Below are positions 53,790 through 64,000 of a DNA stretch of 64,000 nucleotides, one piece after another (position 1 is the stretch's first letter; the number at the start of each line of letters is the position of its first letter). The notes beneath the pieces are model-generated. The model ran no database searches. It was not told the DNA's origin and saw only the letters and a list, made by a program, of their open reading frames with translations. A program made the translations under genes and the position numbers. This stretch comes from Paragordius varius (Eukaryota; Animalia; Nematomorpha): contig OZ176054.1 in NCBI GenBank assembly GCA_964247055.1, positions 9,362,001-9,426,000 of the forward strand, read 5' to 3'.

Positions 53790-54560
53790 AAAAGTTGGCT
53801 TTGAGACAATTTCCCCACAAAACGTGTGCATTTCAAATGATAATATTTTTTCCTCAATACCTAGAGGAATCGAGAGAGCTTTTTATAATGAGCTGGTGTG
53901 TTCCGCCCCAACCATGTAATGGGTCCGCACATTTTTTGGTAAAATTGTTCCAAAGACACATTTTAGGGGACTGGTATGTTTTAAAAACTCTCAATAATAT
54001 TTTTTTATAATTTCACGAATCGGCCTAACATAATCGGCCAGCCCCTTTATTTAGCTGGTCTCCCCATAAAATGACATTTTTTAATTAAATAAGTGTGGGA
54101 AAATTAAATTCATGAAGCAACGTTTAAGTCCTAGTTCACAATGGTTTTAAGAATAGTTTATTTCTTACACTAAACCAAAAATTTTCAGCACTTTTCTTTA
54201 AAGGAAATGATAGAGGCTCCATCCATTGTTAAATATGCATCATATGAAAAAACCTAATTTTTGGATCTATGAAAATATAAAATAATCAAATTGAAATATT
54301 TCCCGTTTAAAGACAAAAATTTAGCCAAACGCTTTACAAAAATAAATCTATGATAATTGTATAATTGTTAAATACGCCTCCATATTGAAATAATATAGAT
54401 TTGAACATTTGGAAAACTTATGAGACCCATGGAAAATTTCCTGTAAAAAGATTTAATCAAGCGCCTTTTATATAATTCTTGAGTGGTGCCCCACCCTATG
54501 ACGCCACCATATAAAACAAAAGGGCTTTGAAACACCCTTTTCGGATATGTGAGGCTATTT
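53790..54560 (+). mobile_element. Relic related to the 5898-8295 Helitron (head region plus about one array monomer)
   Basis: CTTTGAGACAATTTCCCCACAAAACGTG (53799) matches 6111; CCCCATAAAATGACATTTTTTAA (54062) matches ~6235; AAAAAGATTTAATCAAGCGCCTTTT...GACGCCACCATAT (54445-54512) matches the monomer at ~6685-6762. No termini are recognisable. Confidence 0.6.
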
Positions 54561-54946
54561 AATATCAATTATAGATAATTCCACTATAAATTAACTATCA
54601 AAATATTGAATAAAAATTATCCAATTCCGGTTTCAATGTTTTTTTGGGAAAATAATTCTGATTTCGGTTTTTTAATGAATTAACATATTTTCATTTCTTG
54701 TATATCCTAAAGATATTGTGGTTTGGAAAATAAAATCTTTCAAATCGTTTTTTGGTCCACAAAAGGTGATAATTCCTTATTACACAAAAAATTGTTCCGA
54801 TTGTAATTCCTAATGATAAATAAAGCAAGTACCGAATAATCCATAAAAAATTGGTCAAAACAGTTTCACCATATGTTTATTTATATGTGAATTCCAAACA
54901 CCACTGAACTAAAGAAAAAGATATATATATATATATATATACTGAA

Positions 54947-55228
54947 CAGGGGTGTCCAACACAAATGGCTTCGCGGGCCCCATTTTTGACTCAAAAAATG
55001 TGCCGGGCATTCGTGAATAATTTTTTATATTTCAAACATACGACTGTAAAATGCAAACAATATGACAATTTTTTATGGTATTTGCCAATTGGATACACTC
55101 ACTCGAAAATTTGTTTAAAATATATGAATTTTACCAAGACTTTATGAGCATATTTTTTTCTAATTATAGATTTTAAAAATCTTCGTGGGGGAAATAAGAC
55201 TAGGAGGGCCGCATTTTAGACACCATCT
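54947..55228 (+). mobile_element. hAT (Buster-like) MITE
   Basis: CAGGGGTGTCCAACACAAATGGCTTCGCGGGCCCC...GGAGGGCCGCATTTTAGACACC. Confidence 0.75.
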
Positions 55229-55422
55229 AGAATATAAATTTAGGTAATCAAATATAAATTGTGAGGTAGGCTCTGTTAGGCGTCGCAACTTATTCGAAAC
55301 GATGATTTGTAAATCAAGGTTTTAAACTATGATTCAAAAGGAAATATAAAAGTTCATACTCGAATTTCAATGTGGCTATTTTTGCAAATATATTGCTTCC
55401 ATTATTTTCATGTGGTATTTTA

Positions 55423-56587
55423 CAGTAAATGTTAATTTTTAATATCAAGAATTTTTTTTTTAATCCATGTGGCATTTTTTTATCGTTTTAAAAGTTGTTT
55501 TACAAGCATATAAAAAATAACACTTACATATATATTTAAATGTACTTACATGTCCCTTTTCGGTACACATATATGATAGATATATTAACATTGCAATATG
55601 TTCCCCTTTTCGCTACATATCTCATTATAGAAATGGTAACATTGCATATGTGTTGTACTACTTCATTAAATAATTTTTTAGGTTTTAATATATAATTTTT
55701 TTTATAAAAAATTAAGTTTTTAATAATTAATTAAAAAATATTTCAGAAAAAAATATAAAAAAATATATTTGAAATTAACATATAAATCGCTTATGTGCGT
55801 AATAAAACTTGTATTATACAAATTTAAATATTAATTTGATTTTGCTGACTTTTTTTGAAAACACTATATCACCTAAAATTAAAACTGAGAAATGTCACGA
55901 AAAATGGTAAAATAATACCATTTAAAATTAATTATTTTATAAGTGGTAATTTATTTAAGCAAATATTTTTGACAATTTTTTTGGTGTGTCATAATACTTA
56001 AGAAAATGAATGTGCTGAACATTTTCAAGAATTTGAGTTAAGTTTTCAATCAATTCTTCCACATTGAAATGGCATCTTTTTTGACTTTTTTTGATCTCTA
56101 GAGTCTGGGTTATTAATGTGCCATAGTTTGAATCTAATGTTGATGGCAAACTTTCATCTATACTATCTTCTTCACAAAAACTATACATTTATTCTAAATC
56201 TTTTTGACAAAATAATAAAAACTTAATATTTTTTATAAAAAAAATATAAACTTATAAATTAAAAATCAAAGTATGCACAACACATAACATACTGATTAAT
56301 ACCTAATTTTATAAAAAATGTTATATCAAACCTAAATATTTATCAAAGTAGGCAAAACACATATGCAATGTTACCATTTCTCAAATAAGAAATGTAGCGA
56401 GAAGAGGAACATATTGCAATGTTAATATATCTCTCATATATGTGTACCGAAAAGGGACATGTAAGTGCATTTAAATATATATGTAAGTGTTAATTTTTAT
56501 ATGCTTGTAAAACAACATTTAAAAGGATAAAAAAATGCCACATGGATTAAAAAAAAAATTCTTGATATTAAAAATTAACATTTACTG
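55423..56587. mobile_element. Internally deleted Tc1/mariner-superfamily (pogo-like?) DNA transposon with ~280-bp TIRs
   Basis: TA|CAGTAAATGTTAATTTTTAATATCAAG...CTTGATATTAAAAATTAACATTTACTG|TA. The arms are highly similar. An internal 77-aa ORF (55955-56188, -) is present. Confidence 0.8.
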
Positions 56588-56813
56588 TACATAAAATAGT
56601 TTATAATCGCGGGCCAATTAAAAAGGGTCCATAATCTATTATATTCATCTTGGAAAAACCAAGGACCATTTTATTATTATAGTCATGCGTTGTCCACATC
56701 TAACATGACATGAGGAGAAACTCATAAGGAAAAAATGACCCTGTTCGGAGATTTTATAAGATAAACATTTCCTTTTTTTCATTTTGACTGTATGTTCTTC
56801 TAGCAAGTATTAA

Positions 56814-57333
56814 CACTTCAGATTTAAATTGGGGTATCTAAATACCCCAGAACAAATAATTAATATTTTAAAAAAACTATTGAAGGAAACCGTCTAAATT
56901 TAAATTCATGCTTTTATCCTAATAAAAATTATATAAATATGCCAAAATATCTAAATAAAATTTTGTTTTAAAAAAAAGTTCCATGTCTACTTCGACGCCA
57001 TTTTTATTTTACAATTTTTTTTGCAAAATATCGTCTTCATTTTTAGGGTAAAATTAAAGCTAATTTTTTATTTAAATTACATCTAATATTGATAGAAATA
57101 GAAAAAGCGATTTATTTTGTATTATTTTTTTTACCATTTCACACATGTCATGTTGCGAAATTTTTACCTTTCGGTTTTAGCTTAAAATAAATAATATCAA
57201 TGATTTTTGAATAAATTTTTTTATATATTTCGGTTTATTTATGTTATTTAAGTGCAAAATTTTGCCATGGTTTCGATTCCTTTCATACTTTTTAAAGTAT
57301 TTGATTTTAAAGAGGCCTGGGGTATCCAACTAC
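56814..57333 (+). mobile_element. piggyBac-like MITE, right end truncated
   Basis: TTAA|CACTTCAGATTTAAATTGGGGTATCTAAATACCCCAG..., collinear with the 58752 copy. Confidence 0.72.
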
Positions 57334-57715
57334 AAGAGTTATTATAGAATAATAAAAATTGTCAAAATAATTTTATACTGTTTAAATAGACGTTAATGGT
57401 CGCTTCTGTTGGTATCCATAATACTTTTATAAGAAACTTTAGAATTCCAAAAAGTTTGGGGATCACGGCATATAAAAGAATTTGATGTAAAACTTTTTAA
57501 TAGGACAAATGACGTTAAAAGATCATTCATTCGCTCTATCAAAGTAGAACAGAAAATTTTACACAACATCTTCAGCCATCTATAATTACCACTAAATATC
57601 AAGAGTGTAATTTATAGCCATCACAGAACTTCGTTGCACCTAAAATGATTACACAGTACAGCAAGCCTGTAGTAGAATTATTATAAAAATTCTCTAAATA
57701 AAATGTTGTATTATA

Positions 57716-57770
<55 letters not shown>

Positions 57771-58096
57771 ATGGCGAGAAGGTAATCTAAAATCAAAGTC
57801 CTTATCACACCGTTCCCTATAATGAAGTCATATAGCCCTGTTGGCGGACGAGCATTTTCAAAAGAACACAAAAATAAAAGCGATTTAAGTTTGTATGAAA
57901 ATTGAAAAAAGCAGAAGAACGAATGCAATTATATTCAATATTTTAGGAAAGGACATGAATTGACGTTTGCGATGCATAAATGCGAATATGGATTTTATTA
58001 AATATACATATTAATAATTGGCAAAAAGAGCCCTTAATTCCCTAATTGGCTGTAGCCTTGTGAAAATACGAGAATATTTATGTGCTTGGTTTAGAC

Positions 58097-58379
58097 CAGG
58101 GGTGTTCAGCATGGAGGCTCTCCAAAATATTTTTGGAGCCCGCAAGAAATTTCAAATGCAAAATTTTACAAAATCTAAGTACAACGGATTTTAAACAAAT
58201 TTTCTGAATAAGTCTCTTCGATCGGCAATGAACTAATAAAAATTGTATAATATATAGTAATTTTTACTGTCTTATGTTAAAAATCTAAAATATTTGTTAA
58301 TGTCCATATATTTTGCAATGAGGCCCGGCGATGTTTCGATCCTCAAATGCGGCCCGCGAAGCCATTTTAAACACCCCTG
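58097..58379 (-). mobile_element. hAT (Buster-like) MITE, reverse orientation
   Basis: CAGGGGTGTTCAGC...GGCCCGCGAAGCCATTTTAAACACCCCTG, left flank GTTTAGAC. Confidence 0.78.
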
Positions 58380-58751
58380 GTATGGTCCTTGCGGTAATTT
58401 AAGAAAGATTTTCCATATATTATGTTAGTTGCCACATGCATGTACCAACTCGGGATCGGCGGGAATCAAAATATATATATTTTGATGAATAAATGTATCT
58501 GTATTATCATGGTACTTTTGATTTCGGTCCTAACGGTTAATATAAAATTATTTACACTCTTCTTATAACTGCTCCATTTCATAAAATATCAAAAGTTGCG
58601 CACATTTTAAATGAATATTTTTGACTTCCAAAAATTATCATTTAAATATGTCATAACCATAAAATGCAAAACTATTTTAGATTTTGAATTTTAATATGGC
58701 TCCGAAAGACTCGAATTTTTGGACCCATCCAAAATGGGAAATCTCGCTTAA

Positions 58752-59319
58752 CGCTTCGATTCAAATTGGGGTATCTAAATACCCCCAGACAATATTTAAA
58801 TTAATATTTTTAGAAAACTACTGAAGGAAACGGTTCCAATTTATATTTATGCTTCTATCCTTATAAAAATTATATAAATAAACCAAAATATCTAAATAAA
58901 ATTAGTTTTGGAAATAAAGTTTCCTAAACTACTTGGACGCCATTTTTATTCTACAACATTTTTCATAATATCGTGTTTATTTGATTCTAAGCTAAAATTA
59001 AGTTTACTTTTTTATAAGAATCACATTTAAGATTGATATAAACAAAAATAGTGGTATTTTTTGCATTATTTTTGTATTTTGCTTATCCACATATGTCAAC
59101 TAAATTTTTACCTTTCCGTTTTACCCCTGAATAAATAATATCAAGTATTTTCATTGAATATTTTATTATATTTAGGTTCATTAATATTAAATAAGAGCAA
59201 ACTTCCATAGTTTTATTTTATTCCTTATTTTTTGAAATATTTTTATTTAAACAGGCCTGAGGTATCCAACTACCCCAATTTGAATCGAAGGGCTGAAATG
59301 AATGCATTGTATCCAAGTG
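58752..59319 (+). mobile_element. piggyBac-like MITE with TTAA target duplication
   Basis: TTAA|CGCTTCGATTCAAATTGGGGTA...TACCCCAATTTGAATCGAAGGG-CTGAAATGAATGCATTGTATCCAAGTG|TTAA. Confidence 0.82.
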
Positions 59320-60263
59320 TTAAAACAAAAAGGGCCGAGATTGCGTGATAAAAAATTTATATATATGCTTGACATAAAAAGGTTTTTTTCCAAAATAATG
59401 CATATTTTGCCACAAATTCCAATTTATAGCAAGTTTTCTAAAGCGATTATATGGTAGTATGAAGCCTTCTGGAAACGGTAAAACTTTTTCTTATATTAAA
59501 ATATTTATGCTATATGTCGATGAATGAACTTGGCTCTCACAGCACATTTTAATTTAAAATTTCCCCCTAAATTTTATCTATATTAAAATTTATATTAAAA
59601 AAAATTTAATTTAATTAGAGACAAAATGTTGTAAATATTTTGGGCAGAAGAGGGTCAATATTAATGCATTTTATAGACTGTATTTTACGGCTTCTGCTGA
59701 GCTTCAAACTATCAATATTTGCCCAAAATTAAAGTTTTACAGACAATGCATTTTTCCAAAAAATATTTTACGGTGGCATTTTTAGCGAAATTCCTCTGCA
59801 TCTCGGGGTTCTTGCGCTTATAATTTTTTAAGAGTAGAAAAAACTTTGATGCTTTTATGGCCCTAGACCTAATAATTTAAATTCTTAAATATATTTTGCT
59901 TTTTATATATAGTTAAGATATTTTTGGAATGAAGCATTTTTTAGCAAAATGTTATATGCGCAAATTTTGCGATTTTTCGATATTGAGCATCTTCCGTCAA
60001 AAGTAAGATCTTTGGTAAGGCCCAAAAAGCACGCGTATTCTGATGCTTATGAAAAAATAAATAATAATTTAAATATTTTTTTATGTGCGCTGTTATGAAC
60101 TGAATAATTTAGATAAAATTAGTTAGTGAATAGGACTTATGGTAAATATAATTTATTTAAAGATAATAGTTAATAAATGAATTAAGTTTTAAGGCATAGT
60201 ACGTCTAAATGTAGTCATAAAAAATTCATTGTTTAGTTAAAACATGTGAATTTGAATTCAAAT

Positions 60264-62282
60264 ATGCTAGGAAAGGATGCCTTATTAGCCTATGTAAAAG
60301 ACAATCATACTGTAAAGATTTATTTAATTATAGATATCAATCAAACAATTAATTATAGAGCATAAATTGAATAAGAGCGACGCTTTAAAGTTTTTCATTA
60401 TTTTTATCTTTATATTATTGAATGAAGTTTTGCCGGATATGAATCCTTTATACATTTGTTTATTGCAAAATAAGAACGTACAAACTTTATTAATAGTAGA
60501 TTTACTATATCAAATTTTTAAATGAAAACCAAATCAAAAATATATCTGATTACAATATATTAAACAAATCTCTATATGCAGTCTCAGATTTTATACCTAC
60601 ATACGAATCTGTTAAAGATAATTTTGTTTTGACAAAATTCGAAGATTTATCCCAGTATTATAATTAATTACATAAAGATATGCATCTAATTGTAGTAACC
60701 CTTCAATTTTAAACGAAGATGTCAACAACCTTTTGGTAGAACATTCCTCTCGTAAATCACCTTTAAAAGGTTTAAATTTTATTATTATATACAGACTCTG
60801 CTGTAATTAATATAAACCCTAAAAAACTTAAGGTAGAAACCGTTGTTGATGGTTCTGACATACCTAACCATATTCAATCATCGCCTCTAAAATCAAGTTA
60901 AAATATATTAATTCATTAATAAACGTAACTTAACGGTATTTTTGATATGACATCCAAAATATTTCCTAGGTTTTTCTTAAATAATAAAGTATTATAGTAA
61001 TAAAAAGGTTTTATAAAATTATTGATTGTAAATTGTTATCGTAATTATTTTATATTAATATCATGTTGAAAAATTGCATAATTAATTATAAAACAAGTTT
61101 AATGGCGGTAAAATGCCTTGCTCACTCATTTAAAAAGTGTGTCCAACTTAAATTTTAGTAAATTAATTACTATGCTTAAGGCTTTAAATTTGGTGAAACG
61201 GTTTGATTTTGTGTGACATTTTTAAAATTAATATTTGATATAAATATTTTTTTGTCTTATTTTCGCTCTTAGCTTTGATTTTATTAGCGCTAAATTTAAT
61301 TTAGTAAACATCTATATTTGAGTAATTCATTTTATATGGTGTTATAGGCAATTATTTTTTGAATGAGCTAGATATTAATATTAATCAACTTTAATTTAGA
61401 AAAATCAAGTCCAGCCAAAAAGATCGCTACTAATAAAATTAAACCAGAAGGTACGTTTTTAACCGTAAATACAAATATATTTTTATAAACAAACATTTTT
61501 TGCTGATTTTTATATCTTTTGTGTTGCAAAATTAGGCATAGAGATCCAAATTGATATTATATATTTCACAATTGTAATCATTTAAATTAGTAAAAATAGG
61601 ACAAAAAAATGATTTCTTTATAAAAAATATTAATCTTATAGTTTTTATTATTCCTATAATTTTTTTACTGTTCAAGCTGAAAATTTGCATATCTTATAAT
61701 ATTCATATTAAAACAGTTAATAAAAATATAACCGATGAATTATCACAACCTCCTAAACCAGTGCAAAATGAGCATGATGCTTCGGCCTTAACAAAAACCT
61801 ATATGAATGAAGATGGATATTTGGGTATTTATAACTTTAATTGATGTTTTTTAAAAATATGCAATTTTTAATTTATTAATAAAATATCAAATTGTTAAAT
61901 GACAAAGTTTTATTCATTGATTTAAGAGATATATCATTTTAATTATTTTACACATTTATATTAATATATTATTAGATAATATTACTTAATAAAAATAAAA
62001 ATTATTATCGGCCTTTTAATATCTTTGTTTTATATATGGCTTAAATTAACAGTTACCGAAAAATGTATTGCTACAACAAAAACGTCCCTAAGTGCAAACG
62101 GTACCACCAAAAATATAAATGTCGAAAAAAAAGAAATCAAAATGGAAAAATCACCCTTTTTAACACAGCCTATACCTGGTAAAGATGAGAAAAAGTCTAA
62201 GAAAGATAACAAAAAGTCCAAATTATCTCCAGGAGCTTCGGCAAAACAGGCCTCCATGATGGATTATTTTAAGAAAAAATAA
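60264..62282 (+). CDS. POLD3: DNA polymerase delta subunit 3 (p66/Cdc27/Pol32), ~309 aa. Exons: 60264-60311, 60334-60477, 60500-60654, 60678-60769, 60795-60896, 61400-61450, 61717-61824, 62053-62282
   Basis: The C-terminal KTYMNEDGYL|VTEK and terminal PIP box KQASMMDYFKKK* are strong support. The N-terminus AYVKDNHT|ISIKQL...DALK..LY..SLYAV aligns loosely to the POLD3 N-domain. The frame is open only with 22-25-nt introns. The N-terminal exons are less certain than the last two. Confidence 0.8.
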
Positions 62283-62989
62283 ATTTACAATGAAATGTTT
62301 GCTGTTTTTATTGTTATAAAATAATTTTTACCCCTTTAGATAATGCAAATTAAAAATTATAAAATTGCTGCTTATTTTAACTAGAGATTTAAAATTAACA
62401 GTTGGAACCGAAATAAACGGCTTTAAAACGCGTATAAAATTATTTTGGATTATATAGCTATGTTTTTGCGGCTAAATCAAATATGAATTTTATAGGTCCC
62501 AACATAAATTTCTAGACATCTATGGGTGAAGTTTTTTTAAAAATAATCGCAAATATATCGAGATTGCGCGATAGTATAATCATATAGATATCAAATTATT
62601 ACATCAAAATGATTTTTCCTATTTTGTTAAGCAAAATTTATTTGGTAAATTTTTCACAATTTTAATTTTTAGGGTTCGTTGCTTTCAGATTTTGTTAAAT
62701 TTTGTAAAAACCCAATTTACTTCAAACATGAATTTGAAGACGAACGTTATTTGAAATTAGCATGAGATAGAAATTTTTAGCATTATCAATAATAGATAAT
62801 GTGCCATATAATATCTTACGATTTCATACCCTTTTCTTGATGCTTCCAAATAAGATGAAGTAACTTGAACAAAATTTTGCTTGAAATTTTATTTTTGAAA
62901 GAATACGCACATTTATAAAAATATTTTTGGCTGATATTAAAATTTGGCATACATTGACATTGATGGCTTTTTGACTTCATATTTGAAGG

Positions 62990-63190
62990 TTTCCTTGAAC
63001 GGTCTTATTCCAAAGGTCCTTATCTAGACATTTGGTAATGTCGAGGTTTAGTATTTTTATGTCATTTTTAATGTTGTCGCTCCAGGAATGTGTTGGGCAC
63101 CCTATGCGGTTGTTTCGGGTTGTATGTGCTTAATGGTTTGGAGTGCATGGTCGGTTTGTCTTCTTTCATCAGCATTTTTGCGTTTATTTA
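62990..63190 (-). mobile_element. RTE-type LINE 3' fragment
   Basis: RIGCPTHSWSDNIKNDIKILNL..CLDKDLWNKTV resembles the RTE C-terminal GRP..W.D...D.....DR..W motif. Confidence 0.6.
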
Positions 63191-63719
63191 AAAAGAATCA
63201 GCTCATTTTGGAAGAGCAAAATTTGGGAGATTTTGGAACCCAAATCTAAAAATAAAAACCTTTTAAAAATATTGTATTTCTTAATTTAGTATATGACATA
63301 TTTTAGTGAAATTTTTTAGAATGAAAACTTTTACAAAAAAATTTTGTTTAATGTGCGAAAATTTCATCATTTCACTCGTAGGTCCAAAATCAAAAGCATT
63401 ATAATCCTGATACGTTATCCTATCAGAATATTTCATCAGGACATTTTTTGGTCCATATTATAAAAACTCTTTAAATAAATTCGATGATGCTGAACAGTTA
63501 TATCACTTCAGAATTTTTGATTATTTTAATCTTTCGTATTCTAATTAGGTTAAATATAAGTTGGCCTTTTCACAAAAAGTCATTTAGAATTTGGAGTCTA
63601 AAATCGGGGCAGCTCCAAAACATGATTAAAACAAACAGCTGTTATTGAAATAAAATATTAGTTTTTTGCTCATGTACCTGACAGCTTTTTAAAGTTAAAT
63701 ATTTACAATTTTAACCATA

Positions 63720-64000
63720 TTATGGATAATGGAAATATGTATAGAATTTAATAGAGAAATTTATATGTGCTTTGAGGATTTTTCCAAGTCATTCTTAAAA
63801 CAGACAGGAGTTTCATCCAATCGACATCATATTCTCTATTTACTTAAGTTCGACGAGTTTTCCACAATCCATGCGTAACTGATTCATGTATGGTGAGTGT
63901 GGGGTAACGTCAGAATGTCTTCTCATCCATTCTGTTTAATGCATATCTCGAAGCACAAAGACTTACCCGTTACATTCGACATCCACATCGGAGGTTCTGA
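63720..64000 (+). mobile_element. RTE-type LINE RT fragment running off the right edge
   Basis: CFEDFSKSF, GV/RQNVFSSILFNAYLE and IHIGG motifs, with frameshifts. Confidence 0.65.

Noticed and set aside
60478-60496. Possible 19-nt intron in POLD3
   Set aside because: It would place TAG in frame immediately; the 22-nt acceptor is required.
1-64000. Assigning the organism (e.g. a nematomorph, dicyemid or other AT-rich parasitic invertebrate)
   Set aside because: Gene content shows only that it is an animal using the standard code. Taxonomy needs a database search.

Overview
This is a strongly AT-rich eukaryotic (animal) genomic window, rich in (TA)n microsatellites and transposon relics. I found no prokaryotic features, tRNA/rRNA or CRISPR array. 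Protein-coding content reconstructed by hand: (i) three single-exon, highly divergent class-A-like GPCR paralogues, one of which runs off the left edge and is missing from the ORF track; (ii) BCAP31 (- strand), head-to-head with an SLC22 organic-cation-transporter gene, with only 77 bp between the ATGs; (iii) UBE2J1; (iv) a 988-aa single-ORF Frizzled/Smoothened-class receptor with no visible cysteine-rich domain; (v) POLD3. The most striking signal is a set of eight GT-AG introns of 22-25 nt, plus one 24-nt GT-AT candidate, in four conserved genes. All sit at the 5' end of their genes, and no intron between 26 and 58 nt is needed. Mobile DNA includes several RTE-clade LINE relics, a complete non-autonomous Helitron carrying an internal ~150/300-bp tandem array, hAT (Buster-like) MITEs, piggyBac-like MITEs, a Tc1/mariner-type element with long TIRs and two foldback-like palindromes. 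All gene models and family calls come from manual translation and recalled motifs; no database search was run and the organism cannot be determined from the window.
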